From positions 1 through 64,000 of the forward strand of contig NIVC01002831.1 of NCBI GenBank assembly GCA_002269645.1: 64,000 nt of DNA. The letters are read 5' to 3'. The notes beneath the pieces are model-generated. The model searched no databases and was not told the DNA's origin. It saw only the letters and a program-made list of their open reading frames with translations. The DNA is from Macrostomum lignano (Eukaryota). Every line of letters begins with the position of its first letter. Positions within the stretch are counted from its first letter, which is position 1. Shown here piece by piece: positions 39,001 through 49,573 of the stretch. Both the position numbers and the translations under genes were made by a program.

Positions 39001-40470
39001 GGAGTGGACTATGCTGATCGATTCACGATCTACCTGACGGACTCGGTGACGGAACTGCGAGAGGAGTTCAAACGGAAGGTCATGTTTGGTAGGTTTGAAG
39101 TCAGAGTCTTCATATTATTATCTCATCTGATTATCAAATGAAAGCTGTTTACCATTTTAAACATCTTAGAAAAGAGCAAGCAGCTGCTTTACACCATTAT
39201 TCCGAACGTGCACTTGGAGGCTCTGACAACATTCGAGCATCAACAAAACTACAAAATGCCTGCCGATGGGTCTCTGCCTCCGGTCTACAGATCCGATCTC
39301 ATCGACGAGCTTCCTCGAGCTGTGAGGCAGTCGGGAATGACCAAGATGGTCGTCGAGATGCGCAAAGACAATAAAGTCGTCTCTCAAGTGGCATTCGATG
39401 TTTCCACCGACACAGAGAAGCTCGACAAAGAGAACTGGTTCTCGCTGTTAAGACTGTACTCATCTTACCCTTATCCAATTAGTCGGAAAGAGTTCAACTA
39501 CTTTTCTTTAGAAGGGGATGCTAGCCGAAAATTCTACATCAGCAACCACTATGGAGGTTGCACCAGAGATTCAGGCTTCATCATGGTGTCTGACTCGCGC
39601 GGCAGCTGCGACTGGGTAACTCGAGGCTGGCGAGGCTCTCCTCCGAGTCTGGCCTACAACCGAGAGCAGGGTCGATCGTTCCACGAAAGCGTGGGCTACG
39701 CGGACAGATTGATCATTTATCTGTCAAACGAGTTCCTTGACCCACGTGCCGAATACAAAAGATTTATTATTTTCGGTGAGTCGTATTTGCTTTACATTAA
39801 ACGGGTTTGCCGGACCCTTTAAAGCTACTACTGACGTAGTTCATTATTAAAGCCAATGAAAGTATTATTTCATGTAGCACTCTTTAATTTCCCTCTATTT
39901 ACAGAAGAATACAAGCAGCTTCTGTTCACAATCAAGGCAAATGTCGGCCGAGAGGCGCTTAACGTGTTTTCGCATAGGCAGGACTTCAAAATGCCGACAG
40001 ACGGTTCGCTGCCACCAGTGTACCGCTCCGATCTCTTGGACCAGCTGGCCTTGACTGTGAAGCAGTCGGGCAAGTCAAGGATGGTTGTTGAGATGCGCGA
40101 AGGCAAGAGCGTCGTGTCGCAGGTGATTTTCAACGTTGCCAAGGATACGGACAAGTTGACTCGCGAAAACTGGTTCTCGAAGGGGCGGATCGAGTCGTCG
40201 TACCCATTTTGGATCGGCCGGACTGAATTCAGCCAGTTTTCGCTGAATGGCGACTCATCCAGAAAGCGGCATTTCTCAATCAGCAGTACGGGCGGGGGCT
40301 GTGACACCGAGCGCAGCTTCTTTGTCGTTTCGGACAAGGAAGACTCCTGTCCCTGGATTAGCGAGGGCTTCAAGGGATCTCTGCCAGTTCTGGTTTACAA
40401 CTACATCCAGGATGCTCCTAGCAGAGTGGGCAGCGGCTACGCTGATCGGCTGGTAATCTACCTTATGTAG
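23973..40470 (+). CDS. Multi-exon gene for a secreted protein with tandem ~200-aa domains (1654 aa if the frameshifted exon 8 is skipped); family unassigned
   Basis: Exons 23973-24072, 27225-27848, 27928-28539, 31879-32493, 32593-33204, 34807-35421, 37268-37882, [38584-39088], 39170-39775, 39905-40470. All introns are GT-AG and phase 1. The spliced length without exon 8 is 4965 nt, divisible by 3, ending in TAG. Confidence 0.85.
24240..24740. repeat. 15-bp minisatellite (GTCTGGGTCAATCGT)n in intron 1
   Basis: About 30 units; source of the 5-aa periodic ORFs. Confidence 0.93.
25365..26723 (-). mobile_element. Mariner (DD34D) DNA transposon, full length but defective
   Basis: TIRs CGAGGGTTGTCAGAAA(A/T)GTTCTGT, TA flanks at 25363-64 and 26724-25, length 1359 bp. 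Confidence 0.93.
25464..26531 (-). pseudogene. Mariner transposase pseudogene
   Basis: RSGRP, WVPH, CDET* (stop in place of W), HDNA..H and YSPYLSPCD motifs with D34D spacing; stops and frameshifts. Confidence 0.9.
27225..27848 (+). CDS. Exon 2: repeat domain D1 (type A)
   Basis: TAG| acceptor, G|GTGAG donor, 624 nt; motifs YRSDLL, NWFS, FSIEGD, GC..D.GFW, C.W, YAD. Confidence 0.85.
27928..28539 (+). CDS. Exon 3: repeat domain D2 (type B)
   Basis: CAG| acceptor, G|GT donor, 612 nt. Confidence 0.85.
28794..31260 (+). mobile_element. 5'-truncated non-LTR retrotransposon (LOA/R1-like, RNase H-bearing) in intron 3
   Basis: RT-RNase H-CCHC ORF, (TAAG)n 3' tail, ~14-bp duplication GTAAGATCTCCTTC at 28780-28793 and 31259-31272. 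Clade assignment is from motif resemblance only. Confidence 0.88.
28864..31170 (+). CDS. Truncated LINE ORF2: RT, RNase H, C-terminal zinc finger
   Basis: FRPISL, PQGGVL, YADD, FTDGS...AE...TDSQAA...GNELAD, LTGHG, CPFC...H...C. The endonuclease domain is missing. Confidence 0.92.
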   Translation: MLVDCYTTGYIPTIWRMSRVVFIPKPAKGDYTNVKSFRPISLTSFCVKLMERLILWRLRECDLRSDPVSKYQYAFQPGRTTEHALHAITSKIESAILSKQLACGLFVDFEGAFDNVLFRSFRNSLSRRNVRHSIVRWIYFMIRKRFVTSTLMGVTLTRAVMKGGPQGGVLTPLLWNLVMDELLTADIPSSITRAGYADDVAAVVSGPDPATLRNLMQQFADKAADWATQHGLKISVTKTVAVVFTKRRKGEMKNLTVYGRNIPFKKEVKYLGVTLTHDLRWTKHLDNVIGRAKRCFAQLRRAIGPTWGLSPRTVRWIYTGIIRPSITYASLIWTSVLEQKAARQRLYQLQGSICRAITGAYPSTPYEGLNTILNLPPLHLFIRAEAMKSASRLIRDKTLNNAPSGFMPMKTLIPHMDFVRRDLNNIHMDLGNVDSRPPALNIRRGFKTAIPGRDNIPLDVGVNRRSQGIHCFTDGSLFNGRAGAGIAIFHEGKMLLQESLHLGENTSVFQAEICAIEQCAQQLFQANINNFDINFYTDSQAAIKALTTENISAATVSQCHRSVQSLSVLNRIRIIWTPGHSNILGNELADSLAKEGSNPDGNHRLMRLPTPRSQVTRHINRWLHQQHQLHWNSCTEYRQSRSAMPNLNRKVSDYLISLNRTDLREMCMVLTGHGFFQRHISLQTGCPPTCPFCGIGEETAEHHVTFCPYFNKARHKYLGHPQRMDELTTADNIRDLRAFVRDSGRMRVADASTADLPTTGGDWAHPQG
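31879..32493 (+). CDS. Exon 4: repeat domain D3 (type A)
   Basis: TTTCAG| acceptor, G|GTGAG donor, 615 nt. Confidence 0.87.
32593..33204 (+). CDS. Exon 5: repeat domain D4 (type B)
   Basis: TTTTAG| acceptor, G|GTAGG donor, 612 nt. Confidence 0.85.
33855..34005. repeat. Degenerate (TTCTCA)n / (TTTTCTCA)n microsatellite in intron 5
   Basis: Visible tandem repeats. Confidence 0.85.
34807..35421 (+). CDS. Exon 6: repeat domain D5 (type A)
   Basis: TTGCAG| acceptor, G|GTAAG donor, 615 nt. Confidence 0.87.
37268..37882 (+). CDS. Exon 7: repeat domain D6 (type B)
   Basis: TTTAG| acceptor, G|GTACG donor, 615 nt. Confidence 0.85.
38584..39088 (+). pseudogene. Exon 8: frameshifted copy of domain D5 (D7, type A)
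   Basis: Near-identical to exon 6 but 112 nt are replaced by TT (net -110 nt). In-frame TGA at 38700-38702. Splice sites intact. Confidence 0.8.
39170..39775 (+). CDS. Exon 9: repeat domain D8 (type B)
   Basis: CTTAG| acceptor, G|GTGAG donor, 606 nt; first ~330 nt almost identical to exon 5. Confidence 0.85.
39905..40470 (+). CDS. Exon 10: terminal repeat domain D9 (A-like), ending ...[10 protein letters not shown]
   Basis: TTTACAG| acceptor, TAG stop at 40468-40470; a candidate AATAAA lies at 40801. Confidence 0.82.
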
Positions 40471-42389
40471 CAGGAATTAATTCTTTTCAATGTTTTAGTA
40501 CAAGTTAATTAATAATTATTAAGCCCGCCTCAACATCCCGTAGTCTATCTGTGTGTAGAATATCTTAGTACTTTTTCAATAGACTTTGATAACAAACCAT
40601 GTAGGACTTCACGATTTTATTGCAACTTTAGTTTAGGAAATTAGGATATAGCTTCTATCATAAATACTGTAAACGCAATATTTTTATGAGTATATTTGAC
40701 TGCCGATTCAATGAGCTTTGATTTTTAAAACAGTGTTGATTTTTTATCGTGATGACAAACCAATTTTTTATACTTTAAGTGGATGAGAATAGTTTTTGAA
40801 AATAAAGTTGACAAGGAATGAAGTTTCAATATTAAATGTTGTTTCTGATTGTTGCTTCTATTGTAGATTAGTTTTGTGTTCCGTGTTTTTTAGTTTTTTG
40901 TAGATGAAGTTTGAAGAGAGCTATAGCTATTTTAAACCCTGCAGGTGAGAATTTTTTGGAAATGTAGTTAATATCCAATGAAGTTTTTTGTTAGACTTCA
41001 ATCAATTTCGCAAATGCAGCTAAGCAATCTAAGAATGCTAGTTAGGCATGATATCTAAAAAACGAGTAAGCGTATCTTTGCTGTCCATTGACAACGAGCG
41101 CTCAGCTAATTGTGGCTTTGGTGATAAACGCAGCTCACTGCTTTACGCCAAATGGCAACACGCAGAGTAAGCCTAAACAACTTTTTTTTTTATATTCAGC
41201 TTTGCAGCATGTACGCATAAAGTTTTTTTAGTAATTAAAGCTTGAAACTGCAAGACCGCTTGATCAAAATTTGGCGGGTCAAGGATTGTCATGTTCCTTC
41301 CCCACAGCGTTTACTGGGGGGCATCCCCACTGTCCCTAGAAGACCAGGGGTTTCACTGTATCGTATGTATACTACGCTGTGCAAATGGTAGTATTAGGAA
41401 GAGGTGTTTCTGTGATAGGCTCGTATTGTGAGACCTCTTTTGGCTTTGTTTGTCCAAGCGTCAAAGATGAGAGGTTGTTATAGTGAAAAGTTCAGTTTTC
41501 ATTATAGAATTCTACTATTTTGTTTGTAAATTGCCGGTTTCTTAGTAAACCAACTTGTCCCGTACGAAGACTTGCTATGCAACCTTGCGAACGTGTTAGC
41601 AAAGTAGCTCGGCTTACAACTGTTGTATCGATTTCTAATAAAATTACGAGCGTAAAATACCGGGCGGTATATTTCCTCAATTTCAAATCTGCGATACTGA
41701 AGAAATCAATCGATTTTACGACATCTCATCAGAGGCTCGAAAAATTAACAATACGCTCGTAGCGACGGGACGTGTACTGTAACGCACTGCAGCAGGTTAC
41801 CAGGAAACAGTTTGGATTAAGTATATGTTATTCCCCACTTGTTTTTTTATTTTGGTCGTAGCCGAGGCCAAATAGACGCGTGTGAAGACGATTACGGCCA
41901 AAGATAAGTCAAACAAGTGGGGAATTATGTATGTATTCCCCGTTCGCCTGCCAACGCAGTCTATGTCTTAAAGTACTTCATTTATTTGCCCCGGGCAATA
42001 ATTGATTTATTTCCAGCTCGCCTGGGGCAAGGAGCTCTACAATTAGCAATCTGAAGCAGAAGCGATTTTACCTCATGAGGCCGTGCCAATTTTAAAGAAT
42101 AAGGAGCTAGCACTGAATGTCTAGATGGCTCTGTCTGACTCTGTCTATGCTAGTTTGGCCTCATGAGGTAAAACAGAAAAATTCGTTTCCACTCCAGGTT
42201 GCTACGAGCTACTTCATGGATGAAGGAATAGAAAGGATCGCTCATCTAAAAGCGAGTCCCTAAGCCAAGACTCCTGAAAAATTGGGATATTCCCCCCATG
42301 AATTTTATTGGCTGCTGGAATTTAATAATAGTCCCCCCCTAAGTTCTTAATTCCAAAGTCACGGATTAACGCGCATAGGAAAAGAATGC

Positions 42390-43990
42390 ACTATTTTAAA
42401 GACATACAAGTAACATAGCCTGACATTAAATTTGCGCTCTTTTGCGTGGTAAACAAATTTTGCCTCTTGATAGACCAGCAGTTAGTTTGTATTTTTGACG
42501 CCAATGCTTTTATGTCGAAAAAGCTTCTGGTATGCTCAACAGCCTTCCCCAAGTCTTCGTAGCCAACGAATTCACCCTTTGCTCTACTCCAACATAACTC
42601 CTTTCGCAGCTTTATCGCATCAATCACGATTACCTAATTTTTGTTCCATATTGATTGATTACATAGCTCCTTTATCTTTGAAACTGCCGTAGAGGACACA
42701 CCAGGATCCCCGTCAACAGCGAGCTTCCATCTTCTGATGGTAGACACAGCCGGTAACTTTATAACTCGTCTGATTACAGAATACGCCTTTGGAGAACAGA
42801 AGTGCACCTGTGCGGAAAAGATGCCAATGTCCGCCAAAAATCTGCCACTCTTCCCTCTGCTCGAGTTTAGCATCATTCTTCGTCCTTCTTTCGTTAAAAA
42901 ACATCTTCAGGTTTTTGCTCATATTTTCTGATTCATTTTCCAGCCGCTTAACTCTTTTCACGGTTGCATTTAGAATTTTGGTTAGCCGCTTTGAGCGCAT
43001 CTTATAGTGCTGCAAATTCCTTCTAAATGCGTCAGGTACCCTTCTTTTCTTACTTTGTCTCCATTTTTTTATTTTAGGCCGCAAATTCTTCTTTGTTGAA
43101 TTTGGATTTTGCATGAAAGCTGGTGAGTGCGGTGTAACTTGAGATGGGATTGAAGCTGGCGATGGTTGCGGTGACACTTGGGGTGGGATTGAAGCTGGCG
43201 ATGGTCGCGGTGACACTTGGGGTGGGATTGAAGCTGGCGATGGTTGCGGTGACACTTGGGGTGGGATTGAAGCTGGCGATGGTCGCGGTGACACTTGGGG
43301 TGGGATTGAAGCTGGCGATGGTCGCGGTGACACTTGGGGTGGGATTGAAGCTGGCGATGGTTGCGGTGACACTTGGGGTGGGATTGAAGCTGGCGATGGT
43401 TGCGGTGACACTTGGGGTGGGATTGAAGCTGGCGATGGTCGCGGTGACACTTGGGGTGGGATTGAAGCTGGCGATGGTTGCGGTGACACTTGGGGTGGGA
43501 TTGAAGCTGGCGATGGTTGCGGTGACACTTGGGGTGGGATTGACGCTGGCGATGGTTGCGGTGACACTTGGGGTGGGATTGAAGCTGGCGATGGTTGCGG
43601 TGACACTTGGGGTGGGATTGAAGCTGGCGATGGTTGCGGTGACACTTGGGGTGGGATTGACGCTGGCGATGGTTGCGGTGACACTTGGGGTGGGATTGAA
43701 GCTGGCGATGGTTGCGGTGACACTTGGGGTGGGATTGAAGCTGGCGATGGTTGCGGTGACACTTGGGGTGGGATTGACGCTGGCGATGGTTGCGGTGACA
43801 CTTGGGGTGGGATTGAAGCTGGCGATGGTTGCAGTGACACTTGGGGCAGGATTGAAGCTGGAAGCTGCAGCGTAGCTGGGTATTGCATTGGTATTGCGCC
43901 AGGGTTAAGTTTTTTTTCCATTGGCGAAAGACCCTTGAGATAACAGCGAGTATGAGTCTGGAGAAAAATGTTTGTCCATTCATCCATGAG
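42390..43990 (-). pseudogene. THAP9/P-element-like transposase relic (N-terminal part)
   Basis: LNPGAIP (end of THAP-like domain), basic coiled coil, SPKAY..IR...LP..STIRRW, IDAIKLRKEL...FVGYEDLG; broken by frameshifts and truncated. Confidence 0.7.
43141..43857. repeat. 39-bp minisatellite, about 18 copies (minus frame encodes PSPASIPPQVSPQ)
   Basis: Unit GATGGTTGCGGTGACACTTGGGGTGGGATTGAAGCTGGC. Confidence 0.95.
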
Positions 43991-44142
43991 CTACTTATAT
44001 GAACTCCTTGTCTGGGGCGTATAAACGGGTCCACTTTTAACCATAGACTGTGGACTGTGGGCAAGTGAGGAATATATAATATAGTTTTTGCGTTATAATT
44101 AAGAAAAGCCGTGTTCAGATTTCCAATTCTTTTCACGGAGTA

Positions 44143-45060
44143 CGAGGGCTGCTAATAAATTCGCGGAAAAGGACATTTTAAAGTGCTGTCACTTCAAAAA
44201 TTTATCTGCATCTACCCCCACCTAATGAGACTTCCCAACATACGTATTGTTTCCAGACAGATTTGACACATTTCTTCATCCGATGAAACGATACTATAAT
44301 TAAAACAGTACAGTAGAGTGACAGCTTCCAGCTATGAAACTTCCAGCTCTACTCTCAGCGCCTCTGAGTCAAAGCGCCTTCCTTTGAGATTTTTCTTGAT
44401 TTTTGTAAGGTGGAAGAAGTCAACAGGAGCGAGGTCGGTCGAGTAGGTTGGATGTGACAGCAGAGTCAACTGAGTCGATGTCAGAAACTCCTGCGTCACC
44501 CTGGCTCGGTGAGCTGGTGCGAATTGTAATGGTGCAGGAAAATGGTACGGTCTCTGGTCTTTGGTCGCTCCTTACGGAGGAACTCCATCACCTGCGGCAA
44601 GCAGACACCTGACTACCAGCAGCCAGTCACTTTTTAGCACCTTCCTCGAGTAGAATGGGCGGCAGGATGCCACACTGCCAAAAGAAGACTGCAGTCATGA
44701 CCTTGCGGATACTCCTCTTGAGTAGAAATATAATAAGGGGCATCCTCTTCGAAGGCAATTCACTGCCTGCTGTGGGATCTTGTCTCTGGGTCATAAGTAC
44801 ACCCAAGTTTCATCCCCTATTAGGATGTTGTCTACCCAATTTCAAAGTCCCTGCGTCGAATTTGTTTAGTATAAAGTTCGCGAACTCAACACGAGCTTGC
44901 ATCTGGGTCGTGTTCAAATAATGGGGTACCCAGCGCACAGACACCTTCGATCCAGCTCCATGCCCAGATCGATGAACAGAAATCGCATTTGTAATGGCTG
45001 AATTCGGACGATCTTCCCGTTCACATCGTCCAGCTCCAGGCAGCCAGAAAGAAACCTTCC
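44143..45060 (-). mobile_element. Degraded mariner relic
   Basis: TA|CGAGGGCTG TIR-like end at 44141. The minus strand encodes VSVRWVP (about 44925-44945) and YSTDLAPVDFF (about 44410-44447). The second TIR was not found. Confidence 0.7.
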
Positions 45061-48039
45061 AAATTACTTGTCACCATCGTATGGGATGGGGGCTTCATCA
45101 CTCTGCAAGCACTCGCGGAGGCAGATTAGCAAAGTCGAAACTGGAAAAGAATTGCGACTCGTCTGTCACACTCAGTCAATTACACGGTACAAGGTCTGGG
45201 GTTGTATCACTCGTTCGGCCACTGCGTCGCACATTCTTGTCAAGAGGCTGAAAATTGACATGGAAAGTTTCAACAGCCATTGAAAAAAGAAAGCAGGGAG
45301 AGAGGTTGGTGAGGGGATAGAAATGCAACGAGCGAGAGCGACGAGGATGGAGCTGCAGAAGGCCACGCAGAAGGGATGGGACTGGGAGGGGGAAGAGGAT
45401 GGATAGAAGTGGAAAATGGGTAGAGTTGGGACAACACTGGCAATGCTACTGTCGTCGAATAAGAAATTTTCCTATTGCTGTCCATCTTGCGCTTTTAATG
45501 AAGTCTTTATTGACACTACAGTTTTTGCATCGCCAACCTTACTCGATCTTATGTAAACTTAAGCTCATAAGGTGACGTACCAAATTGTCCCCTTTGCTTG
45601 TTCTCTCCTATCCCAGGTCCAATTTTTGTATTTTTTGCCAAATCCAGCTTTCTGGTGTCACGTGAGCAGAATGACACGTAATAATGATTTATGTAGATAG
45701 ATAGGTTTTAACTTTTTCGGGGTCAGCTTTATGATCTTAAGTTGACAGGCCCTTAAGTTACCTGCTGGAATTGTTTGGCATATAAAAATTTCCTCTGGAC
45801 AGGAATTTTGGCCGGAGGGACCCTGTTAAAATTGGAAGCTCAAAAATCGGTTTCGAATTTTCGGTCTTGTCTGGGACGATCAGATATGAGGACGCATAAG
45901 CCTACACGCATGCATAACTGCCAGAATGTATAATTTAAGCAGAAAGACGATTTTAGGAATGCAAGTTAGAATTTTATAACTTTTCCTTTATAAGTAGTCG
46001 AATTTTTGTTTAAAACGTTTATAGTTTAAAAGTATTTTAACCTGCTGCTGCTGGGTGCCTGTCGTACTTGCTGCGTTATAAATATTGCCTTCTACTCTTG
46101 AATTATTTTTAAATGCACTGAAATATATTGGCCAAACAGGCTTCTTGCTTGAGCCAAACTTTCTACTATTACTACATTATTCGTACACCACATTTTCTTA
46201 TTGCTTGTTCTGGTTCTAGAACCAGATCCAATTTGTAAAGTAACTTTTGTCTCCTAAACTAGAGGGATATAGGGCCTACGTGCTATAAAGTTGTAATTAT
46301 TGAATGCCAGAATGGCAATAGCCAAGAAGAAAGTCGAAAATTGTGCAAATTGTGAGGCTCTTAAAGCAGTCAAACGTTCAACAAAGTTGAATAGGCCCTA
46401 GTTATACTGCTTTTTTCTTGTAAGATCCAAACTGATTCTGGTTCTGGAATTAGGAATGTGAAAGTAGCCTATAGAACCTAGACAGGGGCATAGCCAGGAA
46501 TTTCCTATGGGGGATACACCCCCCTATCCCCCTTCCTATGCCTATGCCCCTGAACTTAGGCCCTATGATTAGACTCCCTAATTAATCACTACTCACTAGG
46601 ACTTGGCCTATGTCTATATAGTTGATAAACTTTATCAAATTCTTGAATCATTTTGCCATTTGGCAAATTTGAGGCTAGAATGAACTAAGATCTAAAATGA
46701 TCTGAAATCTAAGGCTAGGCAGGCCCCTAACTACTAATTAAAAAAAGTTTGACTAAGCCGATGCCTCCTATCCTAGGCCTAGGGTATTATCAAAGTAGGC
46801 CTAAAGATAGACCATATAGGCCCTTGTCCACTTTGGTTTAAGCCAATTTTTAAGTCAAAAATGGCAATTAAGGCATAGGCCTATTGGTATTACTACAAAA
46901 GCCTAAAAATAGGGGCCTAATGTTTAATATGCTTATCTAGGTTTCATCTTTATGCCAGAGACAATTTGCCAAATTTTACCTTACGTATACCTAATTTAAA
47001 AGTGTAATTTTAAGGCTTAGGCCATAGTCTGGATTATGCTAGGTGCATATGTATGCCTAAACAGAAGTTGAATAACTTCAAATGCATGCCAAAAAATTAA
47101 GTGCATACCTATTCTTAAAGCTACACTGATATTGTGACAATGTCAATAAATGACCTTTTTATATGCTTTATTACTTTAAATGCTTTATTACAAGCTTTAA
47201 AAAACCTAGAAAGCTTGAAATTTATATTTAAAATGAACTTTTGAATATTTTTTGTACTTTACAATAACTCTCTTGCATGATTTTATAAAGTATATACTAG
47301 GTGTGCACAGACATTTTTAAGAGTGATATATACCAATTGTGCATGCCTATTTTTGACATCCAAGTCCAATGCATGCTTAAATTTTTAGGCATATATTACA
47401 TGATCTAGAGTAAGTTTCTGCAACTTTAAGTTGAAAATGCTTCAAAGGTCCCAAAGTTAAGTAATTTTACTTATTAACACTTTTTAATAATATGTTATTG
47501 AAAAAAATAGACAATTGTCAAAATAAACAATATTACATAAAATTTTGCATTCTTGTTTTTTAATTGACTTTCTTTTTTAAAGTTATATTTCTTTTACATT
47601 AGCATAATATTGTTTTGGTTTTTTGATTTTTTCATATTCGGAAGCACATTTGGAAATTTGGAAAATAAAATTTAAGAAATCTGAAACATTTGGATTTCTA
47701 AAAAGTGAGACTTTTTGGATTTGGATTCAAATCCAAATATTTGGATCCATCACTAATCCACTTCTTCAATTTCAAGGTTTAATTAAAAAATTTAAAGTGC
47801 ACATGCCTACTTTAGAATAGAAAAAAAACTCAAGTACAAATCCCATAATACCACTACTGCTAGAGCAATTGTTGTAATATTCCTTGGTCTTAGTAGATTT
47901 GACCAAACCTCATATACTATGCAAGGCAAAAAATCTTATATGTACTATGCATATTCAAGACTATGGTAAATACCCAGGGTATGCCTATATACCAGAAAAT
48001 TGGAACATTCAAAGGGATCTAGCCAAACTTAAATCTAGA

Positions 48040-48790
48040 AGAAGAATAATAGAAGAAAGTAGATTTCAAAAAGGAAAAAAGAAAAAAATTGGAGAGAAAA
48101 AAGTAGACAAAAAGATAAAAGACCAGAGACAACAGAGAAAAAAGGAAAGATAAGAGATTACAGATTAGAGAAAGGAGAGGGTGAGAGAAAAAAGAGAATA
48201 GGAATAGGAAGAATAAGGAAAGAGCAAATTAGTCTTGAAAGACCTAAGGGACATAGAGAAAGGCAGAGCCAGAAGCCAAAGTTTGCCAATCTTATGCTTT
48301 AAACAAACATTTCCTAATATTCTGCATGCTAAACTAATCAGATCAATGCTTGTCTCAAATCTTTACATTTAACATAAATTTATTCTAATTTGTATTAAAG
48401 AGATAGAGACAAGAGAAGAAATGAGAAGTTAAAAGGAAAGAGAAAAGTGAGGAGAGAAGAAAATGGAGATAAAAGAGGATAGAGAAAAGAATAGCAGATA
48501 ATAGATAAGAGAGTAAAGATAAAAGAAAAGAGAGTGTGGAAAGAGACAAGAGAGAGGAAAAAAAGAGGAAAATGAGAAAAGAGAGAGATAAAAGAGTAGT
48601 GTGGTAAAAGAGAAAAGAGGACAGAGGAGAGTAAAAAGATCAGTTAAGTAAAGAGTAAAGAGCAGTTATGAAAAAGCAGAGAGGAGTGAGATGAGAAAAG
48701 ATAAAGAGTAGAGGAAAGAAGAAAAAGGAGAAAAGAGATAACAAAGGAAAAAAGCAGAGCTAGAAAAGCAAAGAGGAGACAGGAAAGTCT
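48040..48790. repeat. A/G-rich low-complexity tract
   Basis: Nearly pure purine runs on the plus strand. Confidence 0.8.
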
Positions 48791-49081
48791 CAGTTTGTTA
48801 TGGAGCATGGCAAAAAAATTGCAAATAGGGCAAATAAGATATTGTATTTGCTATTTGGGAAGTTTTATAGAAGATTTGGAAATGATTTAAAAGATGGGAT
48901 TTAGGTCATGAGATTTAGCTGATAGATTTGATTGAATAGAATTCTAGCAATAAGAGTTCTATCTCTTTTTTTCTCTAGCAAACTAGTTGACCCCTTATTT
49001 TTATAAAGTCATTTTGGTCCCTATAGGAAAAAGTTGTAAAATTGTAGATGGCAGCTGGCACACTTTTGAAATTTTTCTAAA

Positions 49082-49573
49082 TGTAAAATAAGTTTCTTGA
49101 AGTCAAAGAATTCAAAGAATCGCCTTATTTTCGTTGTGATGACAGATGAATGAACGAATGCCGAATGCGTTCTTGGCTTGTGGATGCAATGCGCCTTAAT
49201 TCATTTCATTTATATATTTGTATTCGTATCTGAACAATCTATGTATAGTCAAGGTAATTAAGAATTTTCTAAATAATGTCTCTATCTATTATTGAATTAA
49301 AACTGGATCGCCTGGAACTCTGGAACGGCTATGCAACCCTACAACTACAACTACTACGGCGCGCAGGAGAACTAAAACCAAAACACAGCGCATTCGCGTT
49401 TGAAATACGATAGGAATTAGCATACAGTAAAACAATAGTAGTAAAGTACGTACAGTAAGAATCGCGGAAATAGAAACTCACTACTGAATAAATACTAACT
49501 AAATAATATTCAAGAATGCCGGACACATCATAAAAAGTGCGGAGATTTAATTGATACATAAAAATACTTTACA
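49082..49573 (-). repeat. 3' LTR of Gypsy 2
   Basis: Preceded on the minus strand by the PPT GGAGGGGGG (about 49577-49585). Confidence 0.95.

Noticed and set aside
38575-39141. 188-aa ORF as an intact alternative domain
   Set aside because: Its N-terminus is the wrong frame of the exon and it starts at TTG in the intron; it appears only because the 110-nt deletion shifts the frame.
27485-39870. Antisense ORFs over the repeat exons, and over pol and the LINE
   Set aside because: Shadow frames of GC-rich coding sequence with no independent features.
47623-48153. Short Lys-rich ORFs
   Set aside because: Arise from AT-rich and purine-rich low-complexity DNA with non-ATG starts.
49329-49559. 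76-aa ORF duplicated at 56567-56797
   Set aside because: Inside the Gypsy 2 LTRs; no coding signature.
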